DNA of 64,000 nt from a virus: the IMG/VR virus record IMGVR_UViG_3300036766_000548, positions 1 to 64,000 of that record; one strand, given 5' to 3'. The notes below the pieces were generated by a model that had not been told where the DNA came from, ran no database searches, and worked only from the letters and a program-made list of their open reading frames with translations. The position numbers were made by a program, and so were the translations under genes. Of this stretch, positions 18,943 through 29,426 are shown piece after piece. The first letter of the stretch is position 1; each line of letters opens with the position of its first letter.

Positions 18943-19322
18943 TGAAAGTAGAAGATCTTGATGTTCTGCGTCCTGAACCTAGATATGTAAAAATAGGTGG
19001 GAAAGAAGTTGATGTTAGTTTCATCCCTTGCGGTATTACTTTTGAAATAGATAGAATTGTTAATGAATTAAGGGGATTCACTCAAGAGGATATGCTTAGT
19101 AACAATGAAATAACCAATAGGGCTTTTGATTTATCAATTGATATGTGCGTAGCTTTTTGCGAGCGGAAATATCCCGAATTAAACAAGGAATATTTCATGG
19201 ATAATTGCAGTCCCGAACAGATTAGGGCTTTTTCCGCCGCAATCAGTGAAGCACTATATAAGGCATATGCAGGGATAATCGAAATAAAAAACTTGAAAGC
19301 GCCCAAGAAGAAAAACCCATAA
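18942..19322 (+). CDS. Tail assembly chaperone (G-like)
   Basis: Between tube and tape measure; slippery site near 3' end. Confidence 0.7.
   Translation: MKVEDLDVLRPEPRYVKIGGKEVDVSFIPCGITFEIDRIVNELRGFTQEDMLSNNEITNRAFDLSIDMCVAFCERKYPELNKEYFMDNCSPEQIRAFSAAISEALYKAYAGIIEIKNLKAPKKKNP
19286..19292 (+). other. -1 programmed frameshift heptamer A AAA AAC giving G-T fusion
   Basis: In-frame heptamer; the -1 frame is open from here through 19346..19546. Confidence 0.7.
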
Positions 19323-19345
19323 ATCTTGGGCGCTTATTTGTATCA

Positions 19346-19546
19346 ATGGCATTATTATATCCATGGGCCACAAAGGAATACCTGTTATGGGAAATGACGA
19401 TTGGGCAGATAATCATGTACTATAATAAGGGAATAGAAATAAAGTATGGAACAGAAAAAACCAAGTCCTCAGGGTTAGTGGATATGTCAGAGGGACAACT
19501 TCGGGCGTGGCGTGATGAGATGAAACAAAAATACGGAGCAATATAA
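19346..19546 (+). CDS. Tail chaperone frameshift extension (T-like)
   Basis: -1 frame relative to 18942 ORF; LLWEMTIGQI. Confidence 0.65.
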   Translation: MALLYPWATKEYLLWEMTIGQIIMYYNKGIEIKYGTEKTKSSGLVDMSEGQLRAWRDEMKQKYGAI

Positions 19547-22500
19547 ATGCCTAATCCTATTGGCGATATGGTTGTTCGGATAGTAGCCGATAATGCCCAA
19601 TTTAATCATTCAATAGATGAAACTCAAAAAAAATTCTTAACGTTATCCCAAACGATTGCAAACAGTTCTAAAAATATTGTCTCATCAATGAAACAAATAG
19701 ATGGTGAAATATCGGTATGGGGTAAAAGTACTGATTTAATAAGACAAAAACAAGAAGTATTAAAAAATGAAATAAGTAATCTTATTGCTCAAGGCGTTGA
19801 TCCACTAGATAGAAGTATAGAAAAATTACAAAATGAATATTATAAATTAGGAAATGAAGCAATTGCATTAGATAAAAAACAACATGGTTTGAACGATTCC
19901 TTACAAGCATTTTCTTCTGTAGCTATTAAAGTAGGAACAGGATTGATGTTGGGAGTTACGGCTCCTTTGGTAGCAATGGGAAAAGCTGCCATTCAATCTT
20001 CTGCGGAAATGGAAATGTATACTTCTTCTTTTGAGGTAATGTTGGCGAGCAAGTCTAAAGCCGAAAAATTAACAAAAGAAGTGGTTGCATTAGCCGCTGT
20101 TACTCCATTTAATGTTCCTGAAGTTATGGATGCTACTAAAATGTTATTGCAATATGGAGTTTCAGTAAATAAAGTATTACCAATGGTTAGGCAATTGGGA
20201 GATGCTTCTGGAGGGATGAAAGATAAGTTCCAGTCCTTAGTTTTGGCTTTTTCACAAATGCAAGCAGCTGGTAAGGTATTATCACAAGATTTGCGACAAA
20301 TGTCTACAGCAGGTTTCAATCCTCTAAAAGCAATTTCTGATACTACCGGCGAGAGTATGAATTCTCTTACTAAAAGAATGGAACAAGGGAAAGTATCCAT
20401 CGAGGAAGTAAATAAGGCAATGGTTGCCGTTACTTCTGAGGGTGGGAGATTTTATCAAGGAATGGAAAAAGGTTCTAGAACTGTTTCTGGTTTATTTTCA
20501 ACACTACAGGATAATATAGGAATTACAAGTAGATCATTAGTTTCTGACTATATGCCTGCCATTAAAAATACAATAATTAGCCTTATAGATTTTACTAAAA
20601 ACCTTACAACAATTAATCCTGAATTAAAAACGTTTATAACTACAATGGCAATTGGAACTGCTTTATTGGGACCATTAGTATTAGGATTAGGTGGTTTATC
20701 TAAGGCAATTTTGACGATAAGAAGTATATTAACATCAACAATGGCTTCTAATCCAGTTGGGTGGATTACATTAATTGCATCTGCTGTAGCAGCATTAACG
20801 ATAACAATAATTGCATTAAAAAAAGCTTCCGATACAAAATATATTCAAGAAGGATTTTCAAATATAACAAAAGAATTAAAAAAATCTGTTGATGAAGGTG
20901 AGAAATTAGAAGATGCCATAAAAAGGATTTCTAAACAAACCGGGTTGTCCATATCTACTGTAATTGATTTAGCTAATAAAGAAAAATTGATTACTGAAGA
21001 AAACGAAAAACAAGTTACTGAATTAGAAAAACAAAATATACAAATAGGAATACAAAAAGAGAATGTAAAAGAAATATTAAAAACAAATGACGGAATAAAT
21101 AAGGATTTAACTTTTGCTTCTGATAATCATTTGAATATTCAAGATCAAATAAAAGCTATTTCAAATTATTGGGGTGTTACACAAGATAGGGTTATCGGGG
21201 TTGGCATTTCATCAAAAGATGTTACTTCTGAATATAAACAACAATTGATGTATATATATCAACAGACAATAGCAGAGGATAATCTTAAAAAAATAGTTTT
21301 TGATGGCGCAAAGCAAACTAAAGAACAATTAGAAGAAAGAAGAGTAAAAAATCAATTAGTATCTGAAGCTCAAGAAAAATTGGATAAATTGTCATCCGAA
21401 AGACTGGCTTCCATAAAAACACAAAGAGAATCCGCTGAAGTTTCTTATCAAAAAGAAATGACAGAAACACAAAATGTATTTACTGCTGGTGGTATAGAAA
21501 GACAAGCATTTTTAGAAAAAAATATTTCTGCAACAAAAGATTTTATATATGCATTGCAAGCTATGGGGTTTACTGGAGATAAAGCCACTAATTGGATAGG
21601 CGATCTTGATTTGGCAAAAGCTAAAGATGATTTATTATTATTTAATAACGAATTAAAAAAAGTAAATGGCGACCAGCTAAAGGAATATTCAGAACTCAAT
21701 GAGTCATTAAAAGAATCCGCAGACTGGGAAAAATATTTATTGACATTGAAGGACAACGAACAAAAAAAGGAAGCAGAATTAGCTGGTTATAGAGAAGAAT
21801 GGAGTAATAGAAACTTAACGTCATATGATAATGAAATAATAGCTATAAATAAAAAAGCGGCAGAATTTATTGCTGCTGGCGAAGATGAAATAGAAGTTAG
21901 AAAATGGCAAGCAAAAGAAACAGAAAAAATTCAAATATCGTTGGCGGGGTCTATTATAAGTATAACCTCTTCTATGATCGGAGAATTAAAAAGTTTATAT
22001 GACCAGAATGTTCAAAATCAATTATCTGCAAATGATACGGCCTTACAAGCGGCTCTAACTTCTGCTGGGGTACAAGACGATTCTGCTATAGAATCGGCAC
22101 AAAAAAAATTAGATGCGGCAAAATTGGCGTTATCTTCCGAAATAGATGAAACTAAAAAAGCCGCCGAACAACAAAATATAGTAGAAGCAGAAAAGGCATT
22201 AAAAAAGGCTCAAATAGAAAAAGATTATGCTCAAAAAGCTTATGAAATAAAATTAGCTGCATTTAAAAACGATCAAGTATTTTCATTGGCGCAAATAGCT
22301 ATGAACACCGCAATGGCAGTAGCAAAGGTATGGGGGCAAACTGGCGTAGCTGGTATCATAGCTGAATTAGCACCAATCGCCATGGGGCTTACACAAACCG
22401 CAATAGTCTTAGGCCAAGCTCCGCCTTCCCCTCCTGCATTAGGAGACGGTGGAATTGTAATGCCCAAGGTAGGTGGAGTGTCGGCAACGTTGGCTGAAAG

Positions 22501-22699
22501 AGGAAGTCCAGAAGTTGTTTTCCCATTGGATAAATTAAATCAATTCATATCACAAGGGAACATGCGAAATGTTACGGATAATTCTTCTAATATGTTAAAT
22601 TTAATTGTTAATATGGATGGGAAAGAAATATTAAAACAAATATTCCCAGCGACAAAGAATGGTACAGTACTAATATCAGCCCGAGCGGTGGTGGCATAA
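19547..22699 (+). CDS. Tape measure protein
   Basis: 1050 aa, helical; TPFN, GDASGG, SEGGRFY, FSTLQDN; C-terminal GGIV...AERG.PEVVFPL. Confidence 0.95.
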   Translation: MPNPIGDMVVRIVADNAQFNHSIDETQKKFLTLSQTIANSSKNIVSSMKQIDGEISVWGKSTDLIRQKQEVLKNEISNLIAQGVDPLDRSIEKLQNEYYKLGNEAIALDKKQHGLNDSLQAFSSVAIKVGTGLMLGVTAPLVAMGKAAIQSSAEMEMYTSSFEVMLASKSKAEKLTKEVVALAAVTPFNVPEVMDATKMLLQYGVSVNKVLPMVRQLGDASGGMKDKFQSLVLAFSQMQAAGKVLSQDLRQMSTAGFNPLKAISDTTGESMNSLTKRMEQGKVSIEEVNKAMVAVTSEGGRFYQGMEKGSRTVSGLFSTLQDNIGITSRSLVSDYMPAIKNTIISLIDFTKNLTTINPELKTFITTMAIGTALLGPLVLGLGGLSKAILTIRSILTSTMASNPVGWITLIASAVAALTITIIALKKASDTKYIQEGFSNITKELKKSVDEGEKLEDAIKRISKQTGLSISTVIDLANKEKLITEENEKQVTELEKQNIQIGIQKENVKEILKTNDGINKDLTFASDNHLNIQDQIKAISNYWGVTQDRVIGVGISSKDVTSEYKQQLMYIYQQTIAEDNLKKIVFDGAKQTKEQLEERRVKNQLVSEAQEKLDKLSSERLASIKTQRESAEVSYQKEMTETQNVFTAGGIERQAFLEKNISATKDFIYALQAMGFTGDKATNWIGDLDLAKAKDDLLLFNNELKKVNGDQLKEYSELNESLKESADWEKYLLTLKDNEQKKEAELAGYREEWSNRNLTSYDNEIIAINKKAAEFIAAGEDEIEVRKWQAKETEKIQISLAGSIISITSSMIGELKSLYDQNVQNQLSANDTALQAALTSAGVQDDSAIESAQKKLDAAKLALSSEIDETKKAAEQQNIVEAEKALKKAQIEKDYAQKAYEIKLAAFKNDQVFSLAQIAMNTAMAVAKVWGQTGVAGIIAELAPIAMGLTQTAIVLGQAPPSPPALGDGGIVMPKVGGVSATLAERGSPEVVFPLDKLNQFISQGNMRNVTDNSSNMLNLIVNMDGKEILKQIFPATKNGTVLISARAVVA

Positions 22700-22700
22700 T

Positions 22701-24467
22701 ATGAGAATAATTTATGATAATTTAATAGATAGTTTGACATCAGGAAGTATAATAGCATCTAGTCAAGCAACAAATTATCCTATTACTAATATTCAAGATC
22801 AGAGGTTATCAATAAAATATATTTCTTCTTCTTCCACTACACAAAGTATAACTATAACATTGCCTACTTTTCCAGAAATCCCCAATAACAGTGCTGGAAC
22901 TTTTTTTAATACGTCATTATCAACTGATTTTGCGAATTGGACAGCCGGAAATGGTACTATTTCTTTAGTAAATGATAAAATAAGATTATCTGCATCAACT
23001 GCGTCACCTTATTTAGGTAAAGCAATTACATTTAATCCATCTATATATAATAATGTTGTGGCTAATTTTACTAGAATTTCGGGAACTGGGACAACAATAG
23101 AAGTAAATGTTTATAATCCAGGTATAAATAGAGTAACTTCATTGTCCGTTTTTTCTTCTTCAAAAGTTAATTCTACAAATGTGTTTGATTTATCCGCAAT
23201 TACGACTACAATAACATCTGTTTATTTTGTTGTAATTGATGGGTCTGCAACTGACATATGGGATTTTGCATTTTGTTATATTGGAACTGGTTTATATGAT
23301 TCACAAATTACTGATATCTCAAACAATACCAATACTTCTGTTTTATGTACTGGGGTCACTCCAAGTAAAGGGCCAAAAAATAAAGCTTTATTTTTTAATG
23401 GGCATTCTTGTCATTTTGACTTATCTACTGAAAAAATAATTTCTAGTTCTGGTTCTGTATCGTTTTGGTATAAATCAAAATATAATGTTAATCAAGTTTT
23501 AGCATCAACAAATAGCGGATCTGCTTATTATTTATTTATTCTTAGCACCGGCAATTTTCAATTTTGTTTGGACAATGATTCGACTTATGCCATAGCTAGC
23601 GGTATTAATTATATTTTATTTGATGATAGCTGGCATTTTTATACTTTCAATTTTTCATCAAGTGGGGCTACATTTACTAGAGATAATATAATAAAATATA
23701 CTAATAGTACTGATTATTCAAATAATACTTGGCATTATCAATATTTTGGCTATTATAAATCAGGATCAAATACATGGCTCAAAGGGTCTATTTATGATTT
23801 TAGAATTTATTCTAGGGTTTTATCTGATATAGAAAAAAATAATTTATATCAATTAAAATCATTTTCAATGGAAAATTTTGGGTTAGAATATAGAATGGAA
23901 ATAGATAGCTATTTAGATGTAGATACAATAGCTATATTAGGACATAATTTTTTATCTGGTACAAAAATAAATATTCAAGCTATATTAGGTGATACTAATG
24001 AAAATTTAGTTATAAATGATAATGTAATATTGAAATTCATTTCTTCAGAAATAAATAATGTATGGAAGCTTTCTTTTTCTGGGCAAGGTTCTATAGAAAT
24101 AGGACGTTTATGGATTGGGAAATATTTAACTATTGATCCTTCATCATTAATTGATTTTTCTGTAACTAAAAAACGTTCTGATAATGTTGTTCACGGGAAA
24201 AATAGGCAAAAATTTGCCAGTATAGGTATAGGATGGAGAAAATTCAATTTGAGTTTTCCTCCAAGTAATGAAGCTATGTTATATTTAATAAATAAATTAT
24301 ATGATTCTGTTGGCAATCATTCTTCTTTTATATTTTGTAATTTTGATACCATTAGAGATTATTGTTTAGTCGAACCGTGTTATGTCAGTATAGCGGAGGA
24401 AATCGATTTTAATCATGGTAATAGAGATAATTTTTCATATGAATTAATCATGGAGGAAGAAAAATAA
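22701..24467 (+). CDS. Distal tail-type protein with inserted carbohydrate-binding/LamG-like domains
   Basis: Follows TMP; SVSFW, DDSWHF, GSIYDFRIYSRVLS; EIGRLWIG. Confidence 0.65.
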   Translation: MRIIYDNLIDSLTSGSIIASSQATNYPITNIQDQRLSIKYISSSSTTQSITITLPTFPEIPNNSAGTFFNTSLSTDFANWTAGNGTISLVNDKIRLSASTASPYLGKAITFNPSIYNNVVANFTRISGTGTTIEVNVYNPGINRVTSLSVFSSSKVNSTNVFDLSAITTTITSVYFVVIDGSATDIWDFAFCYIGTGLYDSQITDISNNTNTSVLCTGVTPSKGPKNKALFFNGHSCHFDLSTEKIISSSGSVSFWYKSKYNVNQVLASTNSGSAYYLFILSTGNFQFCLDNDSTYAIASGINYILFDDSWHFYTFNFSSSGATFTRDNIIKYTNSTDYSNNTWHYQYFGYYKSGSNTWLKGSIYDFRIYSRVLSDIEKNNLYQLKSFSMENFGLEYRMEIDSYLDVDTIAILGHNFLSGTKINIQAILGDTNENLVINDNVILKFISSEINNVWKLSFSGQGSIEIGRLWIGKYLTIDPSSLIDFSVTKKRSDNVVHGKNRQKFASIGIGWRKFNLSFPPSNEAMLYLINKLYDSVGNHSSFIFCNFDTIRDYCLVEPCYVSIAEEIDFNHGNRDNFSYELIMEEEK

Positions 24468-25420
24468 TGGCCTTTACTCAAATTTCTACATCGGTAACCA
24501 TAATCAATTCCGGTTTAATAGGATATGATGGAATATCACTTACTAATTTCACTACGTCTACAGTATCGGCAATAGCTTCAGGAAGTTCTATCGAAATAGC
24601 TGGGGCTTTTTTTAAGGCTGATTCAGACATAACTATAAATGCATCTTCGTGGACTGCTATAACAACGGCGACTACTGCTTATTTAGGATTGACTCCTTCT
24701 GGAACTGCTGGTAGTCAAATAATCACGGCGGAATGGTTTAGTTATGTTCCAGTATGGTCAACATCAAAACAAGGTTGGTATGCTAGCGCTGCATCGGTTT
24801 CTAGGGTAATAGGTTCCGCATATAAAAATAGTAATGCTTCATTAAATAAAAAAAATATATTTTGTAAAATATATCAATGGCAAGGGATGATAGAAAGAAT
24901 AACTTCAGGCTCTGGTAATTGGATAGTCCCTGGGGGAGTTAGTAGAATTAGAGTAACTTGTGTTGGTGGTGGTGGAGGTGGTGGAGGGGCGGGATATTAT
25001 GATCCATTTTCGGGTGGTGGTGGCGGCGGGACAAATATTTCTCTTGTGTTAGGAGACATTATTCCGGTAATTCCTGGACAAAGCTTTGCTTATTCTGTTG
25101 GCGCAGGAGGAGGTGAAGGTCTAAAAGGCGGGGATACTACTTTTAGTGGAGCGACTACTGGAATAGGAGGAGGTGGGGGTGGTATGGCTACTAATAATCA
25201 TGGAGGTTCTGGAGGACGTGGTGGAGCTGGAGCAGGAAGAAGTGATGGAACTTGTGGAACCGAGGGGCTAATAGGAGGAACTGGAGGAGGGGCGGGCGGT
25301 AGCGGGAATGCCAATGCTATTTCTGAAGTTGGTTCTTATGGTGGTGGTGGCGGCGGTGGTGGTGGAGGTGGTGGTAGTGGCGGTGGTGGTGGCTCTGGTA
25401 TAATTATAATAGAGTATTAA
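24467..25420 (+). CDS. Tail fibre-like protein with glycine-rich C-terminal domain
   Basis: SGNWIVPGGV..I.VTCVGGGGGG...GSGIIIIEY. Confidence 0.7.
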   Translation: MAFTQISTSVTIINSGLIGYDGISLTNFTTSTVSAIASGSSIEIAGAFFKADSDITINASSWTAITTATTAYLGLTPSGTAGSQIITAEWFSYVPVWSTSKQGWYASAASVSRVIGSAYKNSNASLNKKNIFCKIYQWQGMIERITSGSGNWIVPGGVSRIRVTCVGGGGGGGGAGYYDPFSGGGGGGTNISLVLGDIIPVIPGQSFAYSVGAGGGEGLKGGDTTFSGATTGIGGGGGGMATNNHGGSGGRGGAGAGRSDGTCGTEGLIGGTGGGAGGSGNANAISEVGSYGGGGGGGGGGGGSGGGGGSGIIIIEY

Positions 25421-25421
25421 T

Positions 25422-26873
25422 ATGTCTTTTTCTGATTATGCAAATAAATCTGTAAATAATCTCAGAACATTAGTTCAATTAGATATATCCAAAATTAATT
25501 TACAATGGGTAAATGCAGGCGCGGGAATATGGTATGTTAATTTCGATGGTTTATATCCAGAAGTAGGGCCTCCAGGCGATGATTTATTACAAGGATTTAC
25601 TTCACAATCTTTCGGAGATATTGGTTCAGTACTTGTAGATACGATTTCATATACAAAAGTAGATTCGTTACTATCTGTAACATCTAATAACATTTCTTTT
25701 TATTATGACGATACCAATAAAGAAGTATATGTCCATTTTATAAATAATGACGAACCATTTATTCATGATGTTTGGCTTAGTATTATTTATGGGTTTTCAT
25801 ATAATGATTTTATTCCAATAGGTTCTAATACTTTTTATGATGGTAGGATAACTGATGATATTTCTTTTTCGGAATCTCGTGATCCTTTATTTTTTGGTAA
25901 AATGCAATATAATATAGGTTCTGTTACATTGAATAATTCTGATGGATATTTTGATACCTTCCAGAATAACTTATTTTATGGCAATCCAATAAGATTTTTG
26001 CTTGGATTTTCTGAATTGGATATTGATGATTATATAACTGTCGCTAGTGGAATAATTGAAAAAATAAATATATCAGAAGATAAGGCGACTATAAGCTTAT
26101 CCGATAAAAGGAAAACACTTTCCAAGAACATAACATATTCATGTACGAATAAAAATGCCCTTGAAGTCATTAGGGAACTGCTTCTAACTCATTATAATGC
26201 ATATTATGATTCAAGTTATTATGATATGACAGCATGGGGAATTGCCGAAGCTGTTGCTCCAAATATTACTATAGATATCGCGCCTGGAAAGGGTATGGAA
26301 GATTCCGACGTAATAGATATTATTGAAATGATATGTACATCTATATTTGGATTATTCAAAATAACGCCAGAAAATAAGTATTCATTTAAGATTGTAGATA
26401 CAACTGCCTCTTCTTTATCTACAATAATAAATAACGATATTATAGGAAACAACTCTGTAGATTACGATCCTTATGAAGTTATATCTTCTGCTAAAATAGG
26501 TTATAATAAAAATTGGAATGAAGGTTATACTTCTCCATATACTTTTTATTATGATACTTCTTATGAAAACTCAGTATTTTTATTATATAAGGTATATAAT
26601 CAAAAACAGTTTAATACGGTATTAATTGATACCTCTGCGCTGACAGTCATAAAGGCTTTTTCAAATACCATCTTAAATTATTCAAAGGACGTACATGGAA
26701 TTGGTAGTATAAAAATACCAATTAAATATTATGAAATTGAGGTAGGTGATATTTATGACATAGAAATAAACAGGGAAACCACTACTATGTTAGGGACTAA
26801 AAAATGTGAAATATTATCTAAAAGTACATCTATATATGATGGATTTATAACTTGTGGATATAGAATTATATAA
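25422..26873 (+). CDS. Tail tip / hub protein
   Basis: LNNSDGYFD, EVGDI motifs; position in tail module. Confidence 0.55.
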   Translation: MSFSDYANKSVNNLRTLVQLDISKINLQWVNAGAGIWYVNFDGLYPEVGPPGDDLLQGFTSQSFGDIGSVLVDTISYTKVDSLLSVTSNNISFYYDDTNKEVYVHFINNDEPFIHDVWLSIIYGFSYNDFIPIGSNTFYDGRITDDISFSESRDPLFFGKMQYNIGSVTLNNSDGYFDTFQNNLFYGNPIRFLLGFSELDIDDYITVASGIIEKINISEDKATISLSDKRKTLSKNITYSCTNKNALEVIRELLLTHYNAYYDSSYYDMTAWGIAEAVAPNITIDIAPGKGMEDSDVIDIIEMICTSIFGLFKITPENKYSFKIVDTTASSLSTIINNDIIGNNSVDYDPYEVISSAKIGYNKNWNEGYTSPYTFYYDTSYENSVFLLYKVYNQKQFNTVLIDTSALTVIKAFSNTILNYSKDVHGIGSIKIPIKYYEIEVGDIYDIEINRETTTMLGTKKCEILSKSTSIYDGFITCGYRII

Positions 26874-26882
26874 GGAGATCGT

Positions 26883-27278
26883 ATGGAACTAAGAAAATTT
26901 CTTTCACAAATCCCATTTCTTTGTGAGGCTAAAAATGCCGCTAGGTGGTCGAGATTAATTGAATTGCAGTATGATGATGAATTGGAAAATGAGAATAGTG
27001 TATTTGCCTTGAATGAAGATGATATGCTTGAACCATCGAACAGAATGGAAACGGCATTTGGGTTTAGTGGGAATATAGAAAAGAATAATCATTGTAAAAC
27101 TATTGTCGAATTATTAATGCTTTTACATTATAAGAATAATCATAATGTGGCTGTATATGATAATAGAATAAAAGAACTTATGTTTTTTATTGAAGAAACA
27201 GAGAAGAACTATCCAGAAATTTATACTATGGCGCCTTCTTCTGAATTGTCTGCAATGTCGTGGTGGGATGGAGAATAA
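26883..27278 (+). CDS. Hypothetical protein
   Basis: AAGGAG RBS. Confidence 0.55.
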   Translation: MELRKFLSQIPFLCEAKNAARWSRLIELQYDDELENENSVFALNEDDMLEPSNRMETAFGFSGNIEKNNHCKTIVELLMLLHYKNNHNVAVYDNRIKELMFFIEETEKNYPEIYTMAPSSELSAMSWWDGE

Positions 27279-27916
27279 GTAATATGGAAAATAAAGTACA
27301 AGTACGAATTGGTAAGATATTGGCGATTTTTTGTCTTGTACTTTATTTTTCTAAATTAATTATATACATTACAAATAACACTTCGTTACTAAAAATGTTC
27401 GATATTCATAATTTAACTTTTATTGTTTTATTTTTTGTGTTTATAATTACTGTTTTTTGGAATCATGTAATTGCCAGAATTATACAATGTTTATCTATTT
27501 TTCTTTGTTCTATTTTTTCTTTATGTTTTAATCCAATTAATTGCTTCTTTGGATTAGGAATGATAATCATATTACTTATTCTAATATATACATATGAATT
27601 TTTTACTAAATATGGATTATTGAAATATTGTTTATTGAATATTATTTTTTATATAGTATTCATATTTATTTGTTTAGTAAATATATCTCATAAATATATA
27701 CATAGTTTTGAATGGTTATTGTTTATTAATATTTTTATTTTTATCTTATGGTGTATTTCAAAAGAGGCGTTAGAAAGACTCGAAAATAAAGAAAATCTAG
27801 AAAAAGATAAATTGATTCATTTATTAGATGAAGTTAAAGAATTGGCAAAAGATATATTAAGTGCTTATGAGGGGTACCTTAACAAATATGATAAAAATGA
27901 GGAACATAAATTATGA
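27260..27916 (+). CDS. Multi-TM membrane protein (likely start MENK)
   Basis: About 5-6 hydrophobic segments; very AT-rich. Confidence 0.55.
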   Translation: MVGWRISNMENKVQVRIGKILAIFCLVLYFSKLIIYITNNTSLLKMFDIHNLTFIVLFFVFIITVFWNHVIARIIQCLSIFLCSIFSLCFNPINCFFGLGMIIILLILIYTYEFFTKYGLLKYCLLNIIFYIVFIFICLVNISHKYIHSFEWLLFINIFIFILWCISKEALERLENKENLEKDKLIHLLDEVKELAKDILSAYEGYLNKYDKNEEHKL

Positions 27917-28233
27917 GTACAACAGATATAGATATAGAAAACCTAAAAACAAGAATGTTCATCATAGAAGGAGAAATAGACGATGTAAAAAAAGAACAAG
28001 GAGAACAAAGAAAAGCTATGCATGAAGCGGCTATGGAGAGTGAAAAGATGAGTGGTAAAATAGAAGCCATTAAATCCATACTGGAAGAAATGGCGAAAGC
28101 TAAAATAAGAGGCGTTGATATTATAATAGCTATAGGAGTATTGTTAGTTGGAGCGATGTCTGCTTATGCAGCAATACAAAATAATTCAATCGCTACAGCC
28201 ATGTTTGAATTGTCAAAACATACAATAAAATAA
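27913..28233 (+). CDS. Coiled-coil protein with C-terminal TM (holin/XhlA-like)
   Basis: Directly upstream of endolysin; single TM. Confidence 0.5.
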   Translation: MSTTDIDIENLKTRMFIIEGEIDDVKKEQGEQRKAMHEAAMESEKMSGKIEAIKSILEEMAKAKIRGVDIIIAIGVLLVGAMSAYAAIQNNSIATAMFELSKHTIK

Positions 28234-28245
28234 AAGAGGCAATAT

Positions 28246-28734
28246 TTGAGTGTTTATTTAGAAGAACTAAGAGACGAAGAAACTAAAAATAGATTTATCG
28301 ATTTAGAAGCTACATTTAATGCACAAGGAATGCGATATATACGATGGGCAACAATAAGATTTGATAAAGAGCAATATGCATTATGGTGCCAAGGTAGGAA
28401 ACCATTATACGAAACAAATAACAATAGGATAGAAGCAGGGTTGTCAATAATATCAGAAAGCGAAAATAAAAACATTGTTACATCTTGTGATGGGTATAAG
28501 ATAAAATCTCAACATCAATTTGGCAATGCTGTAGATTATGTAATATTAGATAGACGGGGGAATCCTACTTGGGACTATATTAATTTTGCTTCAGAATATA
28601 GGGCATTGCGCGATATTGGAACTACATTAGGATTTAATTGCGGGGGTTCCTGGATGAAGCATTCTGATAGTAAAGATTCTGAATATATAAAAGTAAACCT
28701 TGGATGGGACCCTCCACATATTCAATTAGGATAA
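28246..28734 (+). CDS. Endolysin, peptidase M15 (L-Ala-D-Glu peptidase-like)
   Basis: R...EQ.AL..QGR, SQHQFGNAVD, GGSW, DPPHIQ. Confidence 0.85.
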   Translation: MSVYLEELRDEETKNRFIDLEATFNAQGMRYIRWATIRFDKEQYALWCQGRKPLYETNNNRIEAGLSIISESENKNIVTSCDGYKIKSQHQFGNAVDYVILDRRGNPTWDYINFASEYRALRDIGTTLGFNCGGSWMKHSDSKDSEYIKVNLGWDPPHIQLG

Positions 28735-28737
28735 ATC

Positions 28738-29073
28738 ATGAGTAAAATAAAACAATTCTGGAACAAGTTTTTTGATTTACTGGATGATATATTAGCCTAC
28801 ATATTAACAATTATAGGCATATTATGTTCTAATTATTTACCATTGTTAAAAAGTAATGAAGAAATAAATATAAATATAGGAATATGGAAAATCGTTCTGG
28901 CATCGATTGTAGCATTAATGATAATAGGCAGACAGGAAAATCTTGACATAGACGAAAACGGGTCCAAAATAAAGGCCAAGGAAGGAAGAAAGAAACGTTT
29001 CTTTAGTCGGATGATGAATGCTTTAGCCCAAGGGATTATGTGGAATCAATTGATGCAGCTAGCGTCTAATTGA
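28738..29073 (+). CDS. Putative holin
   Basis: Two TM segments and basic C-terminal part; next to endolysin. Confidence 0.55.
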   Translation: MSKIKQFWNKFFDLLDDILAYILTIIGILCSNYLPLLKSNEEININIGIWKIVLASIVALMIIGRQENLDIDENGSKIKAKEGRKKRFFSRMMNALAQGIMWNQLMQLASN

Positions 29074-29163
29074 AAAATATATTTCTATAAAAATTAAATT
29101 AATATTAAGGTTCAATAAGCTTGTCATATAGAATATCGTTTTCTCTTACAAAACGTCGCTATC

Positions 29164-29181
29164 AAATGATTTAATGGGTTT
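29164..29181 (+). repeat. Dispersed intergenic repeat core, copy 2 (at strand-convergence point)
   Basis: Identical 18-mer. Confidence 0.85.
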
Positions 29182-29198
29182 GCGGGCATATTTTAGAG

Positions 29199-29426
29199 TT
29201 AATTTTTATCATCTATCCAAATTCTGGTAAACTCTTGATTCTTATTCCATTTATATATTTCTCTAGCACAAAATCTACAAACACACGCCCCAGTTATATC
29301 AGATTGATATATTGCCTTGTTCGTACAACGATGTACCGCTCTGCTTTGTATTTCAGGCCCATACCATCTTTCACATATTTTTTCATTTCTTTTTGGGAAT
29401 TTAAGTTCAGGATTTTTTATTTTCAT
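29199..29426 (-). CDS. Hypothetical Cys-containing protein
   Basis: ATGA overlap with upstream gene; CxxC. Confidence 0.55.
   Translation of the reverse strand: MKIKNPELKFPKRNEKICERWYGPEIQSRAVHRCTNKAIYQSDITGACVCRFCAREIYKWNKNQEFTRIWIDDKN

Noticed and set aside
24960-25400. (GGT)n microsatellite-like tracts
   Set aside because: Explained by the glycine-rich domain of the tail fibre-like protein.
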